DNA from: Ginglymostoma cirratum
Lineage: Eukaryota
Assembly: GCA_024137785.1 (NCBI GenBank)
Contig: JAHRHZ010000267.1
Location: 56,891,245-56,955,244 of the forward strand
Length of the DNA: 64,000 nucleotides
Reading direction: 5' to 3'
Shown here one piece after another: positions 25,121 through 37,736 of this stretch (its first letter is position 1; each line of letters begins with the position of its first letter). The position numbers and the translations under genes were made by a program. The notes beneath the pieces were generated by a model that was given only the letters and a program-made list of their open reading frames with translations, was not told the origin of the DNA and ran no database searches.

Positions 25121-28100
25121 CATTTAAAATGAAGATTAAGGTTAATTCTAATTTTTAAGCAGTAATGCTTAATTGGGGAGTCAAAGTGAAGCTAAAAGAT
25201 TGAACTCAAAACCCATTTACTGTGTGTCTTTGGGAAACAGAAGTGGGTGTAGTTCTGCCTATGCAAAAATATTAATAAAAGACAGGAGGTGAATTAGACT
25301 GACAGGAAATGGAAGCATATACAGTCATGACTCAAAAATCTGACCACAGTTGCAATTGGCCATTTTGCTGGATAAATCAAGCTGCCAGATTAGCAAACCA
25401 ACTGCATGTATCTCAGTAAATGCCAAATCATGGCCATATATTGGGTTATATTGTTGAAATGTTTGCAAATGTGTTACACAACCAAAGCAGATCACGTGAG
25501 ATTGGAAGAATATCTCCTTGTGGTAAAACTATAGCTGAAACATGAGCGACTGGTAATTGCCTGTGTGGATCAAAGCCAGAAATTGTGCATATTTTAAAAA
25601 CAAAATTGTTTTGATACCAAAATGCCTGAGGATTTGAAATGAAAGGGATCTTGTTTGAAGGATACTTTTCAAGTTGGATAAAAGTAAATTGAGTGGACTG
25701 AGTTTTGAGCTGTGACCTATGGCCCATTGGAAATTGACATACAACAATACTCAATATTTAAATTCATTTGCTTTACCTGTAGCATGTTTAACATTGAATT
25801 TATATAAAGGATCCGATTAGTATTAACAGGACATATTCACTGTGATTTGCCACTTCTGGGGAAAGATTGTATTCGGATGTTAGTCAGAGGTCGTGCTTAA
25901 CATTCTGTAGCGATTGGAATCACATTCTAGAAATTCAGTGGGAACGATGCAGCTTTATTCAGGCTTCCAATCCCAGGACAACTTTAATCGTTGCTTGTTT
26001 GCTGTTTCGTGAACCACTGTAAACATTGCTCCAGCTTATTGTTTCTCGACATACCCAGAAGTTTGAGAGAAATTTAAAGGAGGCTGCCACAAAATGATTG
26101 CATGACAAATGGCATCAATTGGGTGTACCCTGTGGAAAACTGGTATCGGTCTGTACCCCACGTGTTAGAAATATACCTGATGGAATCTCAGTTTTAGACC
26201 ATTGTAGAACTTGAGCACAGACTATTGTGTTCTCTCCAGAAATTACATGCCCTCATTCACACTGTCAACTTAGCACTTAACCACGTGTGTATTTTGAGGT
26301 GCATGCTGGACATTCATGTTGCATCTCCCTGCTTCATACATGTGTACATACTGTGATGACAACCTGCTGACCTCTTTCTCTGCACCCCTGAATGACAGTG
26401 TTGCCTCTTCATCAATTGCACCTTAATCTAGGCTAACTGCACAGCCAAGGCACATCCAAGTTCATTTTATTTGGAGCTGGCTCAGCAAAGCAGTCAGTCT
26501 TCTAGCGACCATGTGCATGATTTTCACTGTTGTGATTTTTGGATGCTCTTAAAGTGTCTTAAAGTGCCCATCACATATTTGTTGGCCTGAAGTTCGTCTG
26601 GTAATGACATTGAAATTGCCATAACTGCCAACGAGGCTGACGTATATAGTACAATGTGGAAATCCAAAAAAAGCTGTCAATGAGTCTCTGCTCCTCTGGT
26701 TAGTGAGAGATAGAGGTTCGACAGCTTTACAATCTTTACAGTCATGAGAGCTTCCAAACTTGCCGCAAAATTTTAAAAAAGCCTGGAAAACATTATAGCC
26801 TGTAGAATAAGGAGTATCTGGGTTGATGAACTTGCACTAATTTTAAAAGATATATTTTTGCCTTTTTTTAAAAGCTTTTATATCTTTATTTTGGCTGCTA
26901 TTGTAATAGGTTTGTTTGGTTACCTTTAAAATTAAAGTAGATGTGAAGGACCTAAAGTGCTTTTAACTTTCTGTCAATGCAAATGCTTCAATTTGATTGG
27001 CTATTTGCTGATATCACTGCAGCTCCATACCAAGACATCTCTAAACTGGTACCAGATTTAAACAGCCATCAAGAAAAGGGAAATTCTTGCCAAAGAAATC
27101 ACAACATCTTTAAGGATACCTTTCCGTAAGATCTGCGGTGGGCATACAGTTCACTATAGGAAGGATGTTATGCTGACAAACAGAAATGTAGAAACTAGCA
27201 GCAGGGTTGGTCATTCAGCCTGTTTTGGTTCCATTTTGAATCTCGAAAGCAATGGGAATGTTGCCTGCCAACTGGAGAGCTGATGCAAGACCCATACTGC
27301 CTCCTGTGGGGCATGTCATTGAACAATGAGCCCACCAGGCAGCTGAGAAGTGGCTATTTGCCCTGGATCAGAATCCTGTGGGTGGAGGTGCCGTCCTACC
27401 AAGAACAGCCAGCCAGTTGGAGGTCAGCAGCTCATTTGCTCAGCAGCATCATTAGAAGATGGTTGGATTGACAGCCTCTGGAGACTCGGAATAATGGAAT
27501 AACCTGATCCAGAAGCAGGTACTGGCTTGGGGAGGTTAGAGGGGTGGAGGTCATCTCCCATAAAGGAAGATAAACAACCCACACAGGTTCATTTATTGTG
27601 TTCTGTGTGGCAACTTGCCTTTGAGCGGCTGGGGAAGCAGCAGTGACAGTAAATAGGCCCTTAAGTGATCCTTAATTGTCCACTTAAAAAGACGTCAGTT
27701 CTGGGTGGAGGCAGGAAGGTGTGTTGGGGGGTGTGGGAGGTACTTGTGCTGCAGTTGTGTCCCAACCTCTGAGCCAGGAAGTCCGTGTTCAAGTCCCATC
27801 TGTACCATAAGTCCCATCTGTGTGTCATAACATCTCTGATAAAAATTGGTTAGGAAAATATACAGGAAGGCATGTACCTTCCATTCCCAATTAAATACCC
27901 TCACTGCCTCTCAGCACACCACGAGAGAAAGGTTCTTCATGTCCCTCCCCTAAATATTTCTCAAATGGAAAATAGTTAAGTAGTTTTCTTTGTGTTGTAG
28001 AGATTGATTGTAGCCATTTTAATTTACAAAACAAAGCCAGACAGCAACCAGGCTCTCTGGCATGTAAATTTGTTTATAAGGCTATTTGCATAGACAGCAC

Positions 28101-28872
28101 GGCAAGCAAAAAAAACCTAATGAATTTTTAAATGGGTTGCATAGCATGACACCAGTCACCATAGCTCAACAACAGCACAGTTAACTTGGGACAAGAATCA
28201 AGGGTTCACAATGCAACATGGCACATGCAGAGCTTTTCTGGATACTTAATGCATCATCAGTATTACTGGATTAAAACAAAGGCTGATTACAGACCAGCTT
28301 TAATTTAAAAAGAAAAGTACTGGAGAACAAACTGTATAGAAGGAAGAACAAATCTGATGTGTGTCATTGGTTTTGAAATGGACTCCAATTACTTTTTTTT
28401 TCCTCTGGCACTTTTTTTTTAAACACACACTAATAATAGATTAATGACCTGCTTAGTGTTTGGGGATTTTGGGTGCATTGTGATTTACTTCATGGTTCTC
28501 CTGTGAAACACCAGATGTTCCAAGAACTTTAGATGGGATAATCTTTTCATAATGTACAGTTTGAAAGCCCAAATGCAGAACCCACCAGTCGTTACTGCTG
28601 CATCTGAAATGCACAGAACAATCCAAGCTAAAGCTCCAATATGACTATAAAGAGCCTATGGAGAACACTGCAACGGCGCGCAACCTTCTTTTATTCATTG
28701 CGTACAAAGACGTTTCATAATCTTATGAAACTAAATCAACCTCCCAGCAATCTGAAAAAAAAGTAAAGGCTATTGTTTAATTTCTTTGCTTATTTTAAGA
28801 TAAATAACACACGACTGTGAATGCAAATTGTAGCATATACTTAACATGGAATATTTACAGGTTGGATAAGGG

Positions 28873-29085
28873 GGGGTCAGTTAGCTTGGGCGGCTGGTTT
28901 GCAACGTACAGTCATGCCAAAAGCGTAGATTCAATTCCCACTCTGGCTGAGGTTACCAGTAAGGACTCTCCTTCTGAACCTCTTCCCCTTGCCTGAGGCA
29001 TGGTGACCCTCAGGTTAAAATGCAACTGGTGAGAGAGCAGCCCATGATCCAATAGGACTGTAATGATTTTACCTTTACCTTTTAC
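28873..29085 (+). mobile_element. tRNA-derived SINE, second family
   Basis: tcagttagcttgggcggctggtttgc...gccaaaagcgtagattcaattccc...ggtgaccctcaggttaaa...gagagagcagccc; paralogous to 44215-44415. Confidence 0.6.
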
Positions 29086-30574
29086 AAGCTGGATACAGGG
29101 AAGTCCATTACAAGACGACACACTGGGCCAAACATGCACATCAGAGGCAGGAAATGGAACTAATTAGCTACCTACTATTGATTAGGTTAAATGTAACTGC
29201 ACCTACTTTTTGATTCTTCTGCTAAAGTGAATAGATGGGCCCTTTTTGTCTCCCGCAATGCGTGTGTGTGATAGTCCCTTGGGGTAAGAATGCTCGGGGC
29301 AAGAACCCAATCGTACAGCCTTTTAATACCAGGAGGCTGCTGCATTGCAGCTACTACACAGTTCTGTCTGATCAGAAAACTCTCTCACTCTTGCTGCCTG
29401 CTGTAACCATTTATAAATTGACCAGCCTGGCTGACATATCTTCCATGGCCAAGTCATGAGGTAGGACTCAAATCCTGATCTTCATTTTCAAAACCTCTTT
29501 CTATGCACATTCCGTCAATCGGTGGTTTTACATGTCTCCACTCACCTTAAAGCAGACTTGCTTGGGTCTTCTTTGGCCAGAGATTTATAGCAGCTTCCAT
29601 CTTGTAGCATTGCAGTGAGCTGAGAAACCCCAGTGAATTAAATTTCAAGGAACATGCAACTGGCGATGCATGACCTAACTTGCCTTGGACTATCAATCAG
29701 AGGTCCTGCCCTTAAATGAAAGGATATGTAACACATTCTACCTTCATACTTGTATCCATTGATGGTGTTACTATGAGTGGTGCAGTGTAACTGTGTACAG
29801 GGTTGTTGTGCATTCCCTGAAACAGTCCAATATTATGGAAACCATTTGCTCTTTAATGGGCAAGTCTGCATTGGACATCTTATTGTATGTTTTATAACTG
29901 AGAGATTTAAATAGGAATGCACAGAACATCTAACTTTCCATTGACATCTGGTTTCTTCCTTTTTAATTAATAGTAACAGCCACAGATAGTAAAAATGTTG
30001 CATTTTCCAGTCCTGATGGACAAAGAAATCTCACAAAGAGTACAGATAAAATTATATTGGCACATAATTGAATGTAGAACTTCTCAAAAAAATGAAACCA
30101 CTCTATGTTGTGGTCGTCAATCTGTTAGCAGGTACATTGTCACATGTTGAGTTGGGGAATATAGATTGGGAAAAATAATCTATTGAGATAATCGAGAATA
30201 CAGGGCATGCCTATAGGATGAACTAAGTTCCATTGGCAGTGGTTGACTTTGCATTTTATTGATTCACTTGTTTACACTTACACTTGTTGTAGATTTAATA
30301 TCTCGTGCCTATGTAAATATGGCACTAGTTTCTGATTGACCAGGGGCTTTTCTTTACAATGCTTTACGCACTGCGTTAAGATGTCCAGTCCATACTTCTA
30401 GTTCAGGTTTTCAGCCACTGTATCTTTAATTTTCTCAGAATCCACACCTAACCTTAACCAATTGGGCACAACGAGCATCAATTGGGAACAGACTTACATA
30501 ATCAAACTCAGAAAAACTGAACCATTGATCGCACCAGCCAGCTTAACAGATCATGAGTGCAAGATATTTCAATT

Positions 30575-31132
30575 CACTCATAGGCATTGCTGGGTGGGCC
30601 AGTATATAGTGCCCATCCTTAGTTGCCCTTGAGAAAATGGTGATGAGCTGCCTCCTAGAACCACTGCGGTCCACGTGCTGTAGGTTGACCCACAATGCCA
30701 TTAGGAAGAGAAATTCAGGATTTTGACCCAGTAGCAGTGAACAAACGGCAATATATTTCCAAGTTAGGAAGGCAAGTGACTTGGACGGGAACTTGCAGGG
30801 GGTAGTGTCTCATGTATCTGCTGTTTTTGACCTTCTCTGATTGTTTGAGCGAGAAATCAAGCTGACATTTCAATGTTGTACTGAGGGAATCTTGCACTGC
30901 AGGAGGTGCTGTCCTTTGGGTGAGATGTTCAAATGGACACAAGATTCCATGGTACTATAAGCTGGGTGAAAATCCTGGAATTTGTTCCCTGTTGGGATTG
31001 TGGGTATACCTATAGCACGTAAACTGCAGCAGATCAACAAGACAGCTCACCAACACCTTGTCAAGCACAACCAGGGACAGGCAATAAATGCTGGCCCAGC
31101 CAGCAATGTCCACATCCCTTGAATGAATAATA
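30575..31132. mobile_element. Composite of LINE 3' fragments in both orientations around a Deu-SINE piece (30860-30960)
   Basis: gcccatccttagttgcccttgagaaaatggtgatgagc (-); tgtactgagggaatcttgcactg (SINE); aaatcctggaatt...gcaataaatgctggcccagccagc (+). Confidence 0.55.
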
Positions 31133-32832
31133 AAAGAAAAGCAGGTGTGTTTTAATGGCTCAATGGCCTCTCATTGTCCCTGTAACTTACAAAGCCACCG
31201 CCAAGGACATCCACCCTGCCTTCTGGCCCTTAATTGGAGAAACTGGAGGTGGGTAACTGCTTCCCCCAAGGTTAGGTTCAGGATCAGGAAAGAGTCCCAA
31301 TCCCCATCTCCCACACTCGGAAAAGAAAATCCAGTCCATGGCTCAAGACTGTACCAGGATTACCATGATGACAGTTTTAAGCATCTAAGAGCGTCCTAAG
31401 TTGTCAGGAATGAACATATTTAATTGCTGTGGCCTTGTGAGATATCCAATTAATTAGCGGCTGGGGGCATGATTGCTGGGCACGCATTTCTTTACATAGG
31501 CAACTTCATCAAGCATAACTGGCATAGAGTAAAATCAGGAGGATACAGCAGCAATGAAGAGTCAAAAGGGTGCTTTGAGGTTAGGGGAGGGAGCGATCTG
31601 AAGGAAAAGAGAGGGACAAGTCGGGAAGAAATGAGTAACTGCCAGCCAGCCACAAGTGGATGACTGGGCGGTACTCCCAAATATTCCAGCAGTGGCAGAT
31701 GAGACATATGTTCCAGCATTGGAAAAACGTGCACATGTGGAATATATTTTAATTCACACTTTAGGGGGAACACTTGTTTTTTTGTTTTGAAGCAAGGCCA
31801 CAGAAAGGTTACAAGTTTTGTAGCAGTGGTCCTTTTCAAAAAAGAAAACAAAATATGTTGTTCTCGGATTATTGATTGAGCAATCGTTTTGTTTCTCTTC
31901 CATTGCACAAAATAAGTTTAAAGCTTTGAAAACCTGCAGCCAGCCAATTTAGTCAGCACTTAGCCAGATACATTTAACAAAAACACAGTTGGCAGAACTT
32001 CGAAGAAAATGCTTAAAATCAGAATTATATGCGCAAGTTAAAAAACACTCCCAGAGGCTCTTCAATCGGCCAGAACTCTAACCATTAAGCTACAGCCAAA
32101 GAAAATATATGCTAAATAATCCCTTTAAAATAAAGAAGACTGGGCTAAGTCAATTTAATTTAAAGACATTAATACAGTTTGGTTAATTTATAAAATTTGA
32201 TGAAAGCAGTGTGTTAAAATGTGGCAGAGTAAATCACTTATAATTTAAAGGTAAAATACAGTGATATTTTTGCATTAGAGATTGGCCAATTACATAAAAG
32301 GATAAAATAACAGTTCTGTGGAACTTCACAAAACTGAACATGCTGCACAGTTGAGGTGCAAACAGTGTAAGCACACATCCAGCCAAGAATTTGTCCGATT
32401 TATTGCTATCACCAAAGGATGAGAGAGTTTTTGCAGTTTGAGAAAAAGCTGGAGAACAGGACCGATTGGTTGCCACGGTAACGATTATAACAAGTGAATG
32501 CAGACTTTTTTTTGGAAGCAAGAGTTGAACACTAGATAGAACCTTGTGTTTCTTCACCAACAAGGCTTCACTTTGGCTTGATGTCTGTAATTCATTGTTA
32601 ATTTTTACACACAGGCAGCTTGACAACTTGTCCTGGACCAGGGAGAACAATCATGCAATGGGCACCTTTTGGTTGTTTTAATTAAACGGTGCTGGAGTTC
32701 ACTGATTAGCAGCCACAGCTTGTTGCTTATCCCTGGAAGAAAACCTCAGCAGACCATACTGTGCAGTGCGCACCAAGCAGCCCACACTGCCTCCCAGCAG
32801 TTTGGACAATCAGGCCACACCGATACAGTGCT

Positions 32833-33132
32833 AACAAGGCGTGAGGCTGGATGAACACAGCAGGCCAAGCAGCATCATAGGAGCAGGAAAACTTGACGTT
32901 TCGGGCCTAGACCCTTCATCAGAAATGGGGGAGGGGAAGAGGGTTCTGAAATAAATAGGGAGAGAGGGGGAGGCGGATAGAGGATGGATAGAGAAGAGGA
33001 TAGGTGGAGAGGAGGCAGACAAGTCGAAGAGGCAGGGATGGAGCCAGTAAAGGTGAGTGTAGGTGGGGGGGTAGGGAGGAGATAGGTCAGTCCAGCGAGG
33101 ACGGACAGGTCAAGGGGGCGGGATGATGTTAG
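32833..33132 (-). mobile_element. Young Penelope pseudo-LTR (solo or truncated copy)
   Basis: About 128 nt are the reverse complement of 54253-54380 with only 2 mismatches; flanked by direct repeat gatacagtgct (32822-32832 and 33154-33164). Confidence 0.88.
32890..32927 (-). ncRNA. Minimal type I hammerhead ribozyme motif in Penelope pseudo-LTR
   Basis: Minus strand: attt-CTGATGA-a-gggt ctag gccc-GAAA-c-GTC-aagt; conserved core, stem II, GUC cleavage triplet. Confidence 0.7.
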
Positions 33133-33287
33133 TCTGCAGTACCTTTTATCTGAGATACAGTGCTGTTTGGTGTATCATTCCCACAGATGATCAGGTCCTT
33201 TGCGTTTGGCTGAAATATATGGGGTGATCATGCCAGGATACAATGAAATCGTGGCTAAATCTATGATAAGGATATTACTGGTTTAGT

Positions 33288-33410
33288 CAGCCATGGTTCC
33301 ACTGATAGCACTCACATCTCACAAATCTGTAGGTTGTGGATTCAAGTCCCACTCCATAGACCCAAGCATGGCAGACAGGCCTGACATACCAGAGCAGTGC
33401 TATTGTACTG
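33288..33410 (+). mobile_element. Deu-type SINE 5' head
   Basis: tagcactcacatctc...aggttgtggattcaagtcccactcca. Confidence 0.5.
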
Positions 33411-33702
33411 TTTCACTTTGACTTGAGTACATTCATGCCCCCTGCTATAACCTACATGTTTGGTGGTAGGGGGTATTAAACAAGTGTGATGGGTGGGGAC
33501 CCCACTTCCATCTTGACTCCACCTTGATTAAGTCTGAAATAGAAAGGCCCATGGATGGTCCTTGAAGTTCCCCCAGTGCTATTACTCAACAATGGCTTGG
33601 GTTTCCAGTGACAATACAATTAGTCAGGAAAGAAGGCATTGAATGAGTGACATTTTAGTCAGATATTATTAAGGATACAGAAAAAGTCAATAAAAGTGAG
33701 TG

Positions 33703-33925
33703 AGGAGCCTACGGAATTCTCTGCCACAGAATGCAGTTGAGGCCAAAACATTGAATGTTTTCAAGACAAGTTAGTTACAGTTCTTAGGGCGAAAGGGTTC
33801 AAAGGGTATGGAGAGAAGTTGGGAACAGTGTATAGGGTTGGGTGATCAGTCACGATTATATTGAATGGCGGAGCAGGCTCTGTGGGCCAAATGGCCTATT
33901 CCCACTCCTATTTTCTATATTATGA
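33703..33925 (+). mobile_element. CR1 LINE 3' end
   Basis: ggaattctctgccacag...gttgaggccaaaacattgaatgttttcaag...tgaatggcggagcaggctc...gggccaaatggcctattcc; similar to 59100-59322. Confidence 0.75.
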
Positions 33926-34469
33926 TTCAACCCAGAATACTGCTTTAAATTCAAACTTCAGAAGTAGAAACTAAGTAAGATATAAATGAGTAAACATTCT
34001 AGGTGAGCAATAAAGGTCTGGACTTTGGAATTGTTCTAGGAATAATCGGGGATAACATTGGGATCTCTTTGGTTGGAAAAACAGCCCTTCCATCTTTTAT
34101 CAAATTACGATGCAGACATTTGTTGTGGTGCTTTTACAATCATGACTGAGGGAGGAGGAAAATACAAGGTGCTTTCCAGCTGAAGGAAGTGAAATTAGTG
34201 GGTTCAGCCCCTGGCTATTCTTATGCAGCTCCCTGCAGTCTGTCGCAAAATGTAGTGAAAGGCTGAAGTTTCAGGCCTTCCCATCAGCCTGAAATAAGTG
34301 TGGGTGCCCAGGTGGGGGAGTGTAAATGGGGAGTGTAAATGCAGAATTTAAAAAACAGAACTATAAAGCTTTCTCAACGTTATGAATGCCAACATCAAAG
34401 ATAATCCTTAATTGTATAAAAGTCACTTTGTATTTCAGAACTTGATGTATCCTGAGAAAAGGCGCATCT

Positions 34470-34710
34470 TTCTCCAAGCTTTTTGTTTTGCACTCATCAG
34501 GACAATTTGCAAGAATACCAATGTAACCAGAAAACCAACATTTACACTGAAAGAATGCTAATTGGATAGGAAATGGATTCTGATGAGTAGAGGCATTGCT
34601 ATGAGAATGCAAGAAAGTTAATGATGGTGATAGTCCTTAACTGCTGCATTCTTTATGGTAATGCCTCCAGCCATCAGACTCCACTTCCCAATCAATTAGC
34701 ACTTCCCTCT
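34470..34710. repeat. Fold-back element with about 56-nt imperfect inverted arms and an adjacent decayed hammerhead-like motif
   Basis: Arms 34556-34611 (tgctaattggataggaaatggattctgatgagtagaggcattgctatgagaatgca) and 34645-34701 (tgcattctttatggtaatgcctccagccatcagactccacttcccaatcaattagca); minus strand 34475-34505 reads ttgtc-CTGATGA-gtgcaaaac-aaaaagctt. Confidence 0.65.
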
Positions 34711-34809
34711 CATTTAGATTGAGGTGGTTTCTTGAGTCAACACCACTGTGCAAGTATGACATTATCTGACTGTTTCCCTATGTGTTAGCCCTTGTAACAG
34801 AGCCTTATA

Positions 34810-35078
34810 AACAGAGAAAATATCGAGAATGCTGGAGAACCTCAGCAAATCTAGCAGCATCTCTGTTAGAGACAGATACAGAGTTAATGTTTTGAGTCTA
34901 GTCTAACTTTTCATCAAAACTAACTCAGTTCAGAGTGAACAGGCTTCAGTTCTGAAGGCATCATACCAGACTCAAAATATTAACTCTGTTTCTCACTCTG
35001 CAAACACTGCCAGATTTGTTGAGTTTCTTCAGTGTTCTCTATGTTTGTTTCAGACTTCCAACACCCAGTATTTTGCCC
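34810..35078. mobile_element. Fold-back element made of two inverted Penelope-type pseudo-LTR ends
   Basis: gaatgctggagaacctcagcaaatctagcagc...cagagttaatgttttgagtct versus agactcaaaatattaactctg...ctgccagatttgttgagtttcttcagtgttc. Confidence 0.75.
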
Positions 35079-35591
35079 TTGTAATGAAGACTGAGTTCTT
35101 GTTGAGACAGTTGTTTTGAAGTTTGTAAGCAACACTAACTATTTACGCCGTAACAAGTTCTCAGACTTAAACATAGATGAGGTTCCGTGCTTCCTGGTGT
35201 TATAGCAACATTACATGTCTATAACTCATAAGGTAGCTGACTGACTTCAAACTGCATTGACTCCATTGCACTGAGTGCTGATGGGGAGGTGGGGACCTTT
35301 ATACTGGGACATCATATCATAATGTCATCTAATTGTCTTAAAGGTGCATTTCTTGGATCTGTGCAATAACAGAGCATAGACCACTGAAAGTTGTTTGGTT
35401 TAGTAATATTGACAATATTTTGGACTTTAGGATTGTTTTCTATTCGACAAAACCATTTTAGATGACACTTTAATTAAGGAACCGTGTCCTGCTGTGGAGG
35501 GTTTAGAATTATATTGACTTTGATATTCAGGTTAGATGTTGAGAGCATAGAGTGCCCTGTGCAGCAAATTGAAAGTATTTGTAGTCATGTT

Positions 35592-35860
35592 ACATAGAAC
35601 ATAAAACAGTACAGCACAGTACAGGCCTTTCGGTCCACGATGTTGTGCCAAACTTTTACCCAAATCCTAAGGTCTATCTAACCTCCACCCCTACCTTATA
35701 CTATCATGCATATGCCTATCTAGTAGCCGCTTAAATGCCAATGAGGCTGACTCCACTACCCTCTCCGGCAATGCATTCCACGCCCCGACCACTCTCTGAG
35801 TAAAGAACCTACCTCTGACGACTCCCCTATATTTACCCCCACTCCACTTTAAAACTATGC
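35592..35860 (-). mobile_element. CR1 LINE 3' end, relatively young
   Basis: acatagaacataaaacagtacagcacagtacaggcctttcggtccacgatgttgtgcc...gcattccacgccccgaccactctctgagtaaagaacctacctctgac; CpGs retained. Confidence 0.8.
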
Positions 35861-36021
35861 TGGTTTCCTAATCTTTGCCATGTTTTCTGTGGAAGACGCT
35901 GAAGGGAGTGGAGGTGCTTCTGAAAGCAGAGACGACCATGGTTTTGCTTCTCTGCCTCCTAGACATCAGTTAATATTATAAGCACCTGGTTCAGGAGCCT
36001 TGGGATGGCTCCTGATAGAAA

Positions 36022-36362
36022 GATAGAATCAAACAGTGCAGAACAAGGCCATTTGCCCATGTTATCTGTGCTAACTCTTTGAAGTTGCTATCCAGTTAGT
36101 CTCACTCTCCTTGTCTTTCTCTGCAGCCCTTTTTTGCTTTTTAAATACTGATCCAATCTGTTTCAGAACGTTATGATTGAATCTGTTTCCAATGCTCTTT
36201 CAGGGAGCACATTCCAGTTCATAACAAGTCATTGTGTTTTGTTTCTGAAAAAGTCTCCTCATGCCAGACTTTGACACTTGTTTTAGATTTGTATTTCTGG
36301 TTGCAGTCTCTTCTGCCAATGGAAACATTTTCTCCGCACCTATTCTTTCAAAGCCCCTTGGA
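36022..36362 (-). mobile_element. CR1 LINE 3' end, old
   Basis: atagaatcaaacagtgcagaacaaggccatttgcccat...gcacattccag; minus-strand ORF contains MFPLAEETATR. Confidence 0.55.
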
Positions 36363-37282
36363 TAATGGAAATACAAGTTGTTGCTTGTCTGAGCTCTTTT
36401 TTTAAAATTTGAGGATAGTGGATCAATTGAGAGATGAGTGGGGAAAAAGGAATTGCTTCTGCCTCTAAGTAAACCTGTATAACTGTTCCTTTTTTTCAAA
36501 TACTCAGCAATGGTAGCACAGGAGATGACAAAGTACGACTCTGCAGAAAATTACCATCGATACAACATACAATGTGTTTTTGTACTACTCTCTAAAATCA
36601 ACATTAAACTTGCAATGTACAAATCAAATTTAAGTACAGACACAGCTTGGAGTGAGATTTCCTCATGCCTATCTTGTGTTGAACTAGAAGCCTGGATTCA
36701 GGCTGCACCGTGATCCCACTGCACACTGACTTTCCAGCGATTGTGTAACTAAACCCTAATGTGCCTGGAAGTGTCTCTGATTGTTTTATGAATACAAACT
36801 CAAGCAGTTTACAGCACAGATGGAGGCATTTCGGTCAGTTGTGTCCTTACAGCTTCTTTGGTTGAACACTCCCAAAAACTAATTGCACCGCCTTGTCTCC
36901 ACCCTGCGTTCATCTGTTCTCCCTTTTTTAAAAGATAGGTTAGTCTCTGCGTCAACAACAATACGTGGCAAACATTCCTTGCTCTAACAACCTGCTGTGT
37001 GCAATTCAGTTCCTTGCTGCTCTTTTTTTTGTTTATCCATTTTATCAGGATGAAGTATTGACCTGGTTCCTAGCCAATAATTAACTTTGCATTTGAGCTT
37101 ATGTTAAGTGTGTCCCATTTTTAATAGCCTCTATTCCTGCTGTATTACATCATTCTTTTGTGTGTTCACCTCATCTGGTACAGATTGTCTAATAGTTGTG
37201 AGCTTTGTCCCATAAAACCAAGGATTTCTGCAATTTAGTTAACTCTTTTTTCAGTGCATTTATACAGTGACTCCTTACTGCC

Positions 37283-37458
37283 TAGAACAGGACAGAAATA
37301 GGCCATTCAGTACAATCATGGCTGGGCTAAAACTTCAATGCCTCTTACCCATCCAATTCCCATAACATTGTACGCCACTGGTATTCAGAAATGAGTCAAT
37401 GTCTCCCTTAAACACAAAGTCTGGGCCTCTACAGCCCTCCACGGTAGATTCACAATAT
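37283..37458 (-). mobile_element. CR1 LINE 3' end
   Basis: tagaacagga...aggccattcagtacaatcatggctg...gcctctacagccctc. Confidence 0.5.
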
Positions 37459-37736
37459 TTATTGTTTGCAGAGAGAAGCAACAATGATAGATATAAATCC
37501 CAGACAATGCACTGATAAAGGATTTAACCTGTGAGGATGAGAAGGTCTGATAAATCCTTCCAATGGATCATTGAAAGTCACGATCACTGGAAAGTCAGTA
37601 TGCAGTGGGATCATCTTTTCAACCAATTTGGGATGTGGGGATGGATAATGAAGCCTCCTTTTGATTGTGTGTGGGACATTTATTCTTCCCCAGAGTTGGC
37701 GTAACCTGATGTCTTGTCCTTTCTCATTTCTTTCAG

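Noticed and set aside
26548-34341. Short local tandem duplications (tcttaaagtg x2 near 26548, aagtcccatctgt x2 near 27791, ggggagtgtaaat x2 near 34315)
   Set aside because: Ordinary slippage duplications with no further structure.
148-37700. Numerous 60-140 aa ORFs outside the repeats
   Set aside because: Mostly non-ATG starts, no recognisable domains or coding bias; consistent with random intronic ORFs.
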